44,911 nt of DNA from NCBI GenBank assembly GCA_964444075.1, contig CAYUFF010000003.1, positions 1 to 44,911 of the forward strand. The letters are read 5' to 3'. The notes under the pieces were generated by a model. The model did no database searches and was not told the origin of the DNA. It was given only the letters and a program-made list of their open reading frames with translations. The DNA comes from an uncultured archaeon. Its GTDB lineage: Archaea; Aenigmatarchaeota; Aenigmatarchaeia; CG10238-14; SCSR01. Within the stretch, counting starts at the first letter, position 1; every line of letters begins with the position of its first letter. The position numbers and the translations under genes were made by a program. Below, in pieces: positions 9,247-17,564 of this stretch.

Positions 9247-9936
9247 TTACACACCGCGCAACAACCTCTCCGCAAGGAAAGCCGGCAACCCCTTTTCTAG
9301 GATTTCATCGCAAACTTTTTCGACGTCGTAGCTAACCCTTACTATTCTCGCGTCCATTCTTCCTGTATCTACGATTGCGAAACTCGCTCTGGCGTCACCG
9401 TCCCTAGGCTGCCCGACGCTACCGCAGTTGACTATCAATTTCCCCTCTCTCTTCACCACGAAAGGAACGTGAGTGTGACCCATCACCACTATCTCATACG
9501 TCTTCACGCGTTCTATGAATTTTTCGTCGATATCGCCTTCGAAAACGTAACCCCACACGTTATCCCAAGGTGAGCCGTGAACCATGAGTATTCTTTTTCC
9601 GTCGACAACCCTTTCAATCCTTTCTGGTAAAGACGAGAGGAAGGTTTTTTCCTCGTCTCCAAGCTGCGAGCAACTCCATCGCAACGCTTGAGCTGCGAAT
9701 GGGTTGAAGCTTGAGTAATCGTCCCTCAAGCATCCGTCCTCGTGGTTACCCCTCAAGCACTCTATGCCCCTTTCCTGGAGGAATCGCACGCATTCCTTAG
9801 GCCGAGGGCCATAGCCTATTATGTCGCCCAAACAAAAGACATTCTTCCTGCCGATTCCGAGTTCCTCAATCTTTTCGAAAACCCTTTCAAGAGCTTCGAG
9901 ATTAGAATGAATGTCAGAAATTACCGCCAGGAGCAT
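9247..9936 (-). CDS. Calcineurin-like metallophosphoesterase
   Basis: SDIHSN, LGDIIGYGP, GNHE, HGSP, GHTH, NCGSVGQPRDG. Confidence 0.93.
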   Translation of the reverse strand: MLLAVISDIHSNLEALERVFEKIEELGIGRKNVFCLGDIIGYGPRPKECVRFLQERGIECLRGNHEDGCLRDDYSSFNPFAAQALRWSCSQLGDEEKTFLSSLPERIERVVDGKRILMVHGSPWDNVWGYVFEGDIDEKFIERVKTYEIVVMGHTHVPFVVKREGKLIVNCGSVGQPRDGDARASFAIVDTGRMDARIVRVSYDVEKVCDEILEKGLPAFLAERLLRGV

Positions 9937-9939
9937 CCT

Positions 9940-10206
9940 TCATTTACCTTCTTCTTTGATCAACTTTTCGACTTCATCCTCCTTCGGAATTCCCTTCGCA
10001 ATTATCTTGAGCTCCCCTTCCTTTTCCATCAAAGCTACGGGAACTGCGAGAATCTTGTTCTTCATCACGAAATCCCTTCCCTCTGGGGTGAAGGCGTCTA
10101 TCACCTCAAGCTCGAAGTTCAACCTTTCTTTAAGTCTTTCCCAAACTTTTTTTGCCTCAGGCGAAAACGGGCAATCTCTAGCGATTACCAGGAAAATCTT
10201 CACCAT
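9940..10206 (-). CDS. Thioredoxin/glutaredoxin-fold protein with a CxxS motif
   Basis: CPFS after the first strand; ILAVP cis-Pro loop; GIP near the C-terminus. Confidence 0.8.
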   Translation of the reverse strand: MVKIFLVIARDCPFSPEAKKVWERLKERLNFELEVIDAFTPEGRDFVMKNKILAVPVALMEKEGELKIIAKGIPKEDEVEKLIKEEGK

Positions 10207-10270
10207 ACTTTAAATTATCGCTTCGCTCAAAAAATAAAAAATTTTTAAGCAGGTTGGACAAATAGTTAGC

Positions 10271-10609
10271 ATGAACCCGAGGAAGAAGCCCGACTTCAAA
10301 AGGTGGCTTTCTCAAGCTTACGTAAGGTTGAAGGAAAGCTGGAGGAGGCCGAGAGCTAGGCAATCGAAGGTAAGGAGGAAGAAAAAGGGCAAGCCGAAAG
10401 CCCCAAAAATAGGTTACGGAGCCCCTAGGGAGCTGAGGTTCTTGCATCCATCCGGCTATAGGGAAGTCCTCGTCAGGAACGTGAAGGAGTTGGAAAGGGT
10501 TGACCCGAAGGAAGAGGCTGTAAGGATAGCCGCGACCGTGGGAAGGAAGAAAAGGGGTGAGATCCTGAAGAGAGCGGAAGAGCTGGGTTTGAAAGTGCTT
10601 AATCCTTAG
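10271..10609 (+). CDS. rpl32e: 50S ribosomal protein L32e
   Basis: KKPDFKR..SWRRPR..SKVR..PKIGYG..HPSG..LKVLN. Confidence 0.97.
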   Translation: MNPRKKPDFKRWLSQAYVRLKESWRRPRARQSKVRRKKKGKPKAPKIGYGAPRELRFLHPSGYREVLVRNVKELERVDPKEEAVRIAATVGRKKRGEILKRAEELGLKVLNP

Positions 10610-10665
10610 CGGTTTTTCTTACGAATCTTTTTTAACATCTTACCATCAAGAGATTTTCGAGAGAC

Positions 10666-10851
10666 GTGTCTTACGAGTATGAGAAATTTGTGATAGGAGA
10701 ATACGATGAAGATTTCGTTAGGTATTGCGAAGACTTTTGTCCAAACCATATAGGGGTAGGAAAATATCCTGAGCGATGGATAGTAAGGGTAGATAAACTC
10801 GTAAAATCCGTCGGGAAAAATGGAAGAACTACCGGAAAGGGAGATAATTAA
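10666..10851 (+). CDS. Hypothetical protein (possible gene fragment)
   Basis: ORF in a lower-GC islet; overlaps the next ORF out of frame. Confidence 0.35.
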   Translation: MSYEYEKFVIGEYDEDFVRYCEDFCPNHIGVGKYPERWIVRVDKLVKSVGKNGRTTGKGDN

Positions 10852-11143
10852 GCAAACCATTAAAAAGTTGTCCCTAGTCGTCCTCGATGAGGTCCTTCAC
10901 GCAGAAGTTCCGGAATATTCTTCGGACCATCCTATGACACTCGAAATTTTCGATACTGAAAATACTCTTAAGTACAAGTCTGAAATACAAAGTCTTCTTT
11001 CCGAGTTTAGCAAAAGGTACGACCTTGAAATAAGCGACAATAAAGTTCGTAGCTTTAGAGGAAAAAATTCTCAAGTGGGATTGGCTGGATTATGTTGGGA
11101 ATTGCTAGTGCTGGGTTTAGAAGAAGGAAGGGATTTAAAATAG
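10820..11143 (+). CDS. Hypothetical protein (possible gene fragment)
   Basis: ORF with protein-like composition; no recognisable motif. Confidence 0.45.
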   Translation: MEELPEREIIKQTIKKLSLVVLDEVLHAEVPEYSSDHPMTLEIFDTENTLKYKSEIQSLLSEFSKRYDLEISDNKVRSFRGKNSQVGLAGLCWELLVLGLEEGRDLK

Positions 11144-11240
11144 TAAGGGACAGGAAAGAAATAGAGCTTTTGGAGAAAATAATTGAGAATGTAGTTGTGG
11201 AGGTTTGAAAAACAGCTAAACTTCGCAGAATCGGCAACGT

Positions 11241-13088
11241 CTAAAAGTTCACCCTCCTGCTGAGGAACTTGGGATAGGGAAGCTCCTCGCTCGGAAAGCC
11301 TTCCGCTTCCTCCTTCACCCTTCTCACGAGCTCCCTCAACCTCATCTCCTCCACCTTCCCCTCCTTCCTAACCCTCACCGGAATCGTCTCACCCTTTCTT
11401 TCGAGCTCCTTTTCGCCGACGACGAGAACATAGGGAACCCATTCCTGCTCAGCATCCCTAATCTTCTTACCGACGGTCTCGTTCCTATCGTCCAAGTCAA
11501 CCCTTATTCCTTCTTTCTCCAGCGATGCTAGGATTTGCTTGGCAAACTCTAGGAACTTTTCACTCACTGGAATTATCCTGACTTGAGTCGGAGAGAGCCA
11601 CAGAGGCAAGGTAGGGTTCTTTTCCCTCAAGGCTGTGTCGAAGAGCGTGTAAACCCATCTTTCAATCGTTCCCAAGACCGCGGTATGCAGGATTATCGGA
11701 TGCTTTTCCTTCCCATCCTTGTCGGCGTACCTTATTCCAAATCTCTCCGAATTTCCCACGTCGATCTGCACGGTAGCGATTTCCCTTGGTCTCTTCATCT
11801 TGTCGATGATGTGGTACTCTATGTTCAAGACCCAGTAGAAATTTTTCCCTGGGGGATAAACGCAAACCAGAACAGGTTTTTTCTCCACCCGCAAAAGCTC
11901 TGAAAAGAATTCCTCGTTTTTCTCCAAGAACTCTTTGGAAGTCAGGTTGTAGAGCGAGACGTACTCCCTTCCCAGCTTCCTTATTTCCTCGTAGACGAGC
12001 TCATGCAACTTCAGGAAGTACCCCTTCGCTTCCTCAATGTCTTTGCAAAAAACGTGAAAATCTGGCATGAGCATCTTCCTCAGCCTGAAGCAGAGCAGCA
12101 GCTCGCCCGATTGCTCGTACCTGTAGCTGTCTGCTATCTCGAAAGCCCCGAATGGCAAGTGCCTGTAGCTTATCTGCCAATCCTTTATCGCGGCAAACTG
12201 TTGGAAGCATGCCGCGTACCTTAAAATTATATCCTTTCCGTCGCTCTCGAACCTGTACATCCTCTCCCCGAACAGCTTGGCATGCTCTGCGATGGCCTTT
12301 TCATCAAGCCTGAACATGTTCGTCCCCCTTATCTCGTAAACAGGGATTCCCAACGACCTAACCAGCTCGGAAACGTAGGATGAGATCAGTTTGATTATCA
12401 GGCACGCTTTCGGACCGTAGCGCATGTGTCCGAGGTCAGACATGCTCTCCCATTCGAAACCGAACTTCTTCACGTGCTTTATGTACTCGGGTTCCTCATG
12501 AGATTCCGTCGCGCCCTTCTTCAAAGCCTCGCGCTCCACGAGGATTCTGAGCTCTTCCGGTAGTTCTTCGAGCTTCACGTCCTCGATGGGAAGCAGCTTT
12601 CCATCCTGAGTGAGGAGGTAAAACTCTCTCTTCCCCTCCTCTTCCTCCTTTTTCGCAACCTCTTCACCCTTTCCTTTTTCGTAACTCCTGAAACTTTCGG
12701 CAAGGGGATGAGGCTTCAGGGAAAGAGCGAACCTTTTGTTCCAACCGAAGGGAGCGAGGTGCACGCTCATCCCTAGCTCCTCGGCATAGGCTTTCATGAA
12801 GTTGAGTATTTCGAGTGCGTCGAACGGTTTCGCTAGGTTATTGCTCAAGTGCGAAAAGGGATAGAGCAAGAGTTCCCTCACCTTAAGCTTTTCCATGAAG
12901 GATTTTGTCTCGTCGATTGCCTTTTTGGCTAGAGTTTTATCATCGCCGCTCTCCACAGAAACGAAGGCAACGAGAGCGTCTTTCAACCTTTTTTTCTTCT
13001 CTTCCTCGCTCACCTCTACCGCTAGCTTGCATTCCTTCTTCACGACCTCGTACTCGACCTCATCCACGTGGAGTCGAAGGACCTTCAC
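11241..13088 (-). CDS. thrS: Threonine--tRNA ligase, archaeal type with N-terminal editing domain
   Basis: YPFSHLS editing domain, LRYAACF, SYRYEQSGEL..RLR..MPDFH, ILHTAVLGTIER, anticodon-binding domain. Confidence 0.97.
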   Translation of the reverse strand: MKVLRLHVDEVEYEVVKKECKLAVEVSEEEKKKRLKDALVAFVSVESGDDKTLAKKAIDETKSFMEKLKVRELLLYPFSHLSNNLAKPFDALEILNFMKAYAEELGMSVHLAPFGWNKRFALSLKPHPLAESFRSYEKGKGEEVAKKEEEEGKREFYLLTQDGKLLPIEDVKLEELPEELRILVEREALKKGATESHEEPEYIKHVKKFGFEWESMSDLGHMRYGPKACLIIKLISSYVSELVRSLGIPVYEIRGTNMFRLDEKAIAEHAKLFGERMYRFESDGKDIILRYAACFQQFAAIKDWQISYRHLPFGAFEIADSYRYEQSGELLLCFRLRKMLMPDFHVFCKDIEEAKGYFLKLHELVYEEIRKLGREYVSLYNLTSKEFLEKNEEFFSELLRVEKKPVLVCVYPPGKNFYWVLNIEYHIIDKMKRPREIATVQIDVGNSERFGIRYADKDGKEKHPIILHTAVLGTIERWVYTLFDTALREKNPTLPLWLSPTQVRIIPVSEKFLEFAKQILASLEKEGIRVDLDDRNETVGKKIRDAEQEWVPYVLVVGEKELERKGETIPVRVRKEGKVEEMRLRELVRRVKEEAEGFPSEELPYPKFLSRRVNF

Positions 13089-13582
13089 CCTTCCTCACCC
13101 TTTTCTTCTTTACTTTCACCCTCCTTTCCTTTCCTCTGTTCCTCGACCTTAAACTTTATTATCTCCACGGCCTCTCTAGGGTTTTCGATACCCTTCAACG
13201 AAAACTCCTCACCGCCCTTCACCCTTATCCTGACGTCTCCGTATCCCAAGAAACCCATCAACCTGTCCTGCTCGACGACGACTTCGACTATATCGCGGTA
13301 AGGAATTTTCACCTCCCTCTTTCCCTTTCTCACGCTTTCCACGAGGTCGACGGAAGACTTTGTCAGCACGTAAGTCCTTTTCCTCCTTTCCCTCTCGGGA
13401 AAAACGAGAAAAAACAAAAAACCTCCGAGCAGCACCAAGAAGATTGTCAGCGAAATAATATTTGCTGATAACGACGGGAAGGTTGCGAGGGCGAAGACGA
13501 GAAAAACTCCTGCCAAGAAGTAGTCGAGGATGAAGTAGAACCTGCTAGGCTTGTATTCCAACACCCATTCCTCGCCTTCCAT
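13085..13582 (-). CDS. Membrane protein with bacterial-type PH (bPH_2-like) domain
   Basis: Two N-terminal TM segments; YVLT...IPYRDIVEVVVEQ..GFLGYGDVRI...GIENP. Confidence 0.78.
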   Translation of the reverse strand: MEGEEWVLEYKPSRFYFILDYFLAGVFLVFALATFPSLSANIISLTIFLVLLGGFLFFLVFPERERRKRTYVLTKSSVDLVESVRKGKREVKIPYRDIVEVVVEQDRLMGFLGYGDVRIRVKGGEEFSLKGIENPREAVEIIKFKVEEQRKGKEGESKEEKGEEG

Positions 13583-13624
13583 ACTTCTAAGTATCCGAAG
13601 ATAAAGATAAAAAGTTTTTGCGAC

Positions 13625-14227
13625 TTACCTCGCACCCTCAGCTTCCTTCTCTATCCTCTCCTTCTCCCTGATGGCTTCCGATTTGCTTGCATCGTTCCTG
13701 TAAGCCCCTATTATCTCCTCCGCGAGGGCCTCTGCCATAGTCAGCCTTTTGCCGAAGGACTTTCTGTATGCGGCCTGGACCATCATCCTTAATGCAAGGT
13801 CGACCCTTCTCTGCGGGCTCGTGACCACGGCCCTCCTTACTATTATACCCCCTAGCTGGTAGGCAGCGATCTCTTCCCTTATCGCCGCGTTTTCTATAGC
13901 TCTGACCAACACTTCTATCGGGTTTTTTCCTGTCCTCTTCTCTATGATTTCGAACGCTTCCTTAACCACTTTGTACTGGGTCAGTGTTTTTCCGCCGCAC
14001 CTCGCGGAGCTTATGAAGTGTTTCCTCCCCTTGTGCCCGGGTCCTTTGAGCTTGTTGATCAGCCTCTCGACGATGTGCATCTTGGATTTGTAGAATTGCT
14101 GCTGGGTAAACCTTCCGCAAGTCCTAGGTAAGAGCCTCGGCTCTAGGTTTATGTACCTCGCCAGTCCTGGGTCCTTCACCTCTATACCTTCACACGACCA
14201 TTTACCAAAAAGTTTGAAGCTTGCCAT
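13625..14227 (-). CDS. rps7: 30S ribosomal protein S7
   Basis: KLFGKW, IVERLINK, NPIEVLVRAIENAA, SPQRRVDLALR. Confidence 0.97.
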   Translation of the reverse strand: MASFKLFGKWSCEGIEVKDPGLARYINLEPRLLPRTCGRFTQQQFYKSKMHIVERLINKLKGPGHKGRKHFISSARCGGKTLTQYKVVKEAFEIIEKRTGKNPIEVLVRAIENAAIREEIAAYQLGGIIVRRAVVTSPQRRVDLALRMMVQAAYRKSFGKRLTMAEALAEEIIGAYRNDASKSEAIREKERIEKEAEGAR

Positions 14228-14240
14228 GGTCTCGAAACCT

Positions 14241-14663
14241 TCAGCGAGAAGGCTTCTGCTTCTTTCCCTTTAGGATTTCGCTGAGCGCAACGCCGTTGAC
14301 GGCAATCACCCTGTACTTTATACCCCACATGGTTCCCTTAGGCCCTCCCTGGCTACCTCCTATCTTTTCCAGCAACACCTCGTCGTGCTCGTCGATGTGG
14401 TCTATCGCTCCCGTCCCAGGGACGTGCGCCGTGACCTGAACGTTGTTCTTTATTAACTGGACTCTAACAGCCTTGATCAGCCCGGAGGATGGTTGCTTCT
14501 GCTCCACTCCTTTCTTGTAAAGGACTATCCCTCTTGCTTGTGGAGCGCCCTCGAAGGGTTCTTTCTTCCAGAGCTGCAACTTCCTCCACTTGTAATCCTC
14601 CTTCGACCACCTAAACTTTTTCCTCCTCTGCCTCAACTTCCTCGCCGCAAACTCTCCCGGCAT
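14241..14663 (-). CDS. rps12: 30S ribosomal protein S12
   Basis: [20 protein letters not shown]...VRVQL, IDEHDEV; canonical operon position. Confidence 0.96.
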   Translation of the reverse strand: MPGEFAARKLRQRRKKFRWSKEDYKWRKLQLWKKEPFEGAPQARGIVLYKKGVEQKQPSSGLIKAVRVQLIKNNVQVTAHVPGTGAIDHIDEHDEVLLEKIGGSQGGPKGTMWGIKYRVIAVNGVALSEILKGKKQKPSR

Positions 14664-14669
14664 GAACCA

Positions 14670-15083
14670 TCACCTTATTACCACATCCTTGACGTTGAAG
14701 TTCCTCTGGAATATTTTCTTGAGAAGGTTTAAATTCCTTTTCTCCCTGCCTATCACCATCGGCTTGTGTATCTTGCTAACCCAGATTTCCAGCACGTTGT
14801 CGTCGGTTAAATTAACCTTCAACGCCTGCGGGACCAGATTCTTCGCGAAAACTGTCACGTCCGGAGCGTACCGTACCAGCTTTATACTCTTTCCTAGGAT
14901 CCTCTCTACGTACTTCAGGTTCCGCCCCTCACCGCCCGAGATGAATCCCTCTTCCATACCGTCCACTATCGCGTAGACCGTGTTCGTCTGTTCGTCAACG
15001 ACGCAATCCTTGACAGACGCCCCGGTAAAGTTCTCTATAGCCGTTATCAGCCTTATTACCTCTTGGTCAAACTTTATCGTCAT
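14670..15083 (-). CDS. nusA: Archaeal NusA (KH domains)
   Basis: ATG at 15083 overlaps the rpl30e stop; FTGASVKDC and two GxxG-type KH loops; canonical position. Confidence 0.9.
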   Translation of the reverse strand: MTIKFDQEVIRLITAIENFTGASVKDCVVDEQTNTVYAIVDGMEEGFISGGEGRNLKYVERILGKSIKLVRYAPDVTVFAKNLVPQALKVNLTDDNVLEIWVSKIHKPMVIGREKRNLNLLKKIFQRNFNVKDVVIR

Positions 15084-15352
15084 TCCTTTATCACCAGGAC
15101 GGAAACTGGAAACGGCTTTCCGCAAACGACGCCAAGCTCTCTGCTCGAGCCGCTGAAAACTTTCACCTTGAGGTTGAAAACCTTTGCGCTGTGCTCGACC
15201 TGCCTCTTCACTTCCTCCGGTGCGTTCTCTGCCATCACTATAAGCTTTGGTCTCTTCGTCTTTATAAATCTGATGGATTTTCTGTAGCCGAAGATCACCT
15301 TGTCTTTCTTGATCGCGTCCAGCAGGGTGTCTTTGAGCTCCACGCTACCCAC
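15080..15352 (-). CDS. rpl30e: 50S ribosomal protein L30e
   Basis: VIFG..KLIVMAENAP..SRELGVVCGKPFPVS. Confidence 0.96.
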   Translation of the reverse strand: MGSVELKDTLLDAIKKDKVIFGYRKSIRFIKTKRPKLIVMAENAPEEVKRQVEHSAKVFNLKVKVFSGSSRELGVVCGKPFPVSVLVIKE

Positions 15353-17564
15353 CCTCCTCCTCTCCCTCGAACCTCGCCACGAGGTCGAACATTCCGGTAC
15401 CGGCCGGGACTACGTGACCCACCATCACGTTTTCGAAAATTCCCTTGAATTCTTCCGCTTCGTTCTTCACGGCGGCCCTTATCAAATGCTTAATCGTCTC
15501 CTCGAAGGCAGCCCTGGCGAGGACGGAAGTCTTGCTGCCCGCAACCCCGTACCTTCCTATGGGCATTATCCTCCCGGAGAAGGTCATTATATCGGCGACG
15601 AGCTCCACGTGTCTCCTGTCCACGTCCAGCCCCTGCTGGTTGAGCGTGTTCATGATTTCTTCGGCTATCAAGTTTCTCGCAGCCTCTATTCCGAGGACTT
15701 CGGCGACTTCGTGAATGTTGTTGGTAACCGTTTTCCTGGCGTCGACTTCTTCCATCCTCAAAATTTCCCTCAGGTTTGAACCCACCGTCATTATCACCCA
15801 CCTGTTCCCTTCCTGCTTAATCATTGCGTTCTTTATTCCTTTGATTGGAGAAATGGGAACGTTGAGAACCCTTTCCTTTATCCTTTCAAGCTCCTTCACG
15901 TCAACCTCTTTCTTCGGCGTGACGACTACCCCGTTCTTCTTGCTCCTCACCCTCACCTCTTTGATTTCTTTCTTTATCGCCGAAACTGCTTTTTCCACGT
16001 CGCTCTCGTTGGGAATCTCCACTTCTATGCTTCCCTTCTCCAAGTTCAAGGTAACCCTACTCGCTACGTCGGATAAAGACCTCTCGATAATCTTTTCCGC
16101 AAACTCTCTGGCTGCCTTCTCTGTGTTGTAACCGCTTTTCAGGTAAATTTTCATCTGCGGAGTTTCGGGGGTTTTCTTCGCATCGACTATCTCTATCAGC
16201 CTCGGAAGGCCGTAAGTAACTTTGGTCACCGCGGCACCCGCCACATGATAAGTTCGCATCGTGTTGTGGACTATTATTCCGTCGAAAGTGGCGAATGTAT
16301 GAGCTTCCTCGACGGAGATGTCGTAGATGTGTTCCCGCGACGGAGGAACTTCCTCTATCTCAACTATATCGTCCCAAACCACGTATGAGGTTGCTGTCAC
16401 AAAACCTCGCGATCCTTTCCAGAGAGCTCGGAAATCCTCAAAGGATATGCGAAGCTCATAACTCTTTCCGCTGACAGACTTGCGGGAGAATATTCCTAAC
16501 CTCGCCAAGAGGAGTTTCACTCCGTCTATGAACCCTTCCGATTGAGAAGAGAGTTTAATGGTTTTGTTTTTCGCGTCGAGCTTTCCTTTGCCGTCAAAAA
16601 TCGCTCTCAAGAAACCGGAAACGAAGCTTTCTTTCGCGCTAAAGACAAAGTTCGGTATTTTTCTTTCCTCTGGCTTGGCTCCAAAGCTTTTCGTCAAGAA
16701 ACCAGAGAGAGGATGGGAAGTGATAAGCAAAAAAATATTTTCCTCCATACGCTTCTCGTAATCCAACGAGAACCTTTCGAGGAAACCTTCGATTCTCTCG
16801 GCGAAATCCTCATTAGGGCAGGAGATGCGAATTATTCCACGGTCAACGTCAACGAAACCTCCGGAAGCGAAAGCCCCTAAGAAAAAGCCGAATAGCTCAT
16901 CCAACTCAACCTCACTTCCGAGAGCTCGCAATCGCAGGGTTTCCAAACAGTTGTGCGGCAGAAACTTTACGATAGGTACTTTCATCCCAACCCTAAGCTC
17001 GGAACCCTTTACGTTCACGAATCCTTCTCCTCCGTTGTTTTTGATCACGAACGCGTGACTCTTGCTGGCCAGGACCTTCCTCCCGCTTTTCGTGACCACC
17101 CTCAACAGATTTTCAGAAGTCTTCAGCCTCACGCAACCAGTTATCCTTTTCCAGCGAAGTCTCTCTTTTTCGTCCAAAGCCAGAGCATAGAGTTTCACTC
17201 CTTCTGGCAAGGTCAAGGCATCAACTCCACCGGAAGAAGTATAACCGTAAACTTCCATCAACCTGTCGACGAAAACCCCTACCGGAACTTTAAACACTCT
17301 ATCCCCTTCCCTAACCAGTATCCTCTCCTCGTAATCCAAGCACATTTGCGTAGCTGGTTCGGAGATGGATTGAGCGGCTATCAGGCCTATGGCCTCCCCA
17401 GGCTCCCAGCTGCTTTTCAAGTAAGCTTTCTTCACCTCCTCCTCCAACCTCTTGGCTTGTTCTTTATTCAACTTTCTTCTCCTCACAACCTCTTCGATTT
17501 TTTCTTTCAGGACTTTTGGGAGCTCTACCTCATCCGAAGAGCTGGGTTGCGATCCTTTCGACAT
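15345..17564 (-). CDS. rpoA2: RNA polymerase subunit A'' (Rpo1C), intein-containing
   Basis: PGEAIGLIAAQSISEPATQM|intein|TMRTYH..GLPRLIEIVDA, LGIEAAR, SVLARAAFE; 379 aa after splicing. Confidence 0.96.
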   Translation of the reverse strand: MSKGSQPSSSDEVELPKVLKEKIEEVVRRRKLNKEQAKRLEEEVKKAYLKSSWEPGEAIGLIAAQSISEPATQMCLDYEERILVREGDRVFKVPVGVFVDRLMEVYGYTSSGGVDALTLPEGVKLYALALDEKERLRWKRITGCVRLKTSENLLRVVTKSGRKVLASKSHAFVIKNNGGEGFVNVKGSELRVGMKVPIVKFLPHNCLETLRLRALGSEVELDELFGFFLGAFASGGFVDVDRGIIRISCPNEDFAERIEGFLERFSLDYEKRMEENIFLLITSHPLSGFLTKSFGAKPEERKIPNFVFSAKESFVSGFLRAIFDGKGKLDAKNKTIKLSSQSEGFIDGVKLLLARLGIFSRKSVSGKSYELRISFEDFRALWKGSRGFVTATSYVVWDDIVEIEEVPPSREHIYDISVEEAHTFATFDGIIVHNTMRTYHVAGAAVTKVTYGLPRLIEIVDAKKTPETPQMKIYLKSGYNTEKAAREFAEKIIERSLSDVASRVTLNLEKGSIEVEIPNESDVEKAVSAIKKEIKEVRVRSKKNGVVVTPKKEVDVKELERIKERVLNVPISPIKGIKNAMIKQEGNRWVIMTVGSNLREILRMEEVDARKTVTNNIHEVAEVLGIEAARNLIAEEIMNTLNQQGLDVDRRHVELVADIMTFSGRIMPIGRYGVAGSKTSVLARAAFEETIKHLIRAAVKNEAEEFKGIFENVMVGHVVPAGTGMFDLVARFEGEEEGG
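16263..17342 (-). mobile_element. Intein (360 aa) with degenerate LAGLIDADG homing endonuclease
   Basis: Begins CLDYEE and ends IYDISV..GIIVHN before Thr+1; SKSHAF block B; LAGLIDADG-like FFLGAFASGG and FLRAIFDGKG. Confidence 0.95.
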
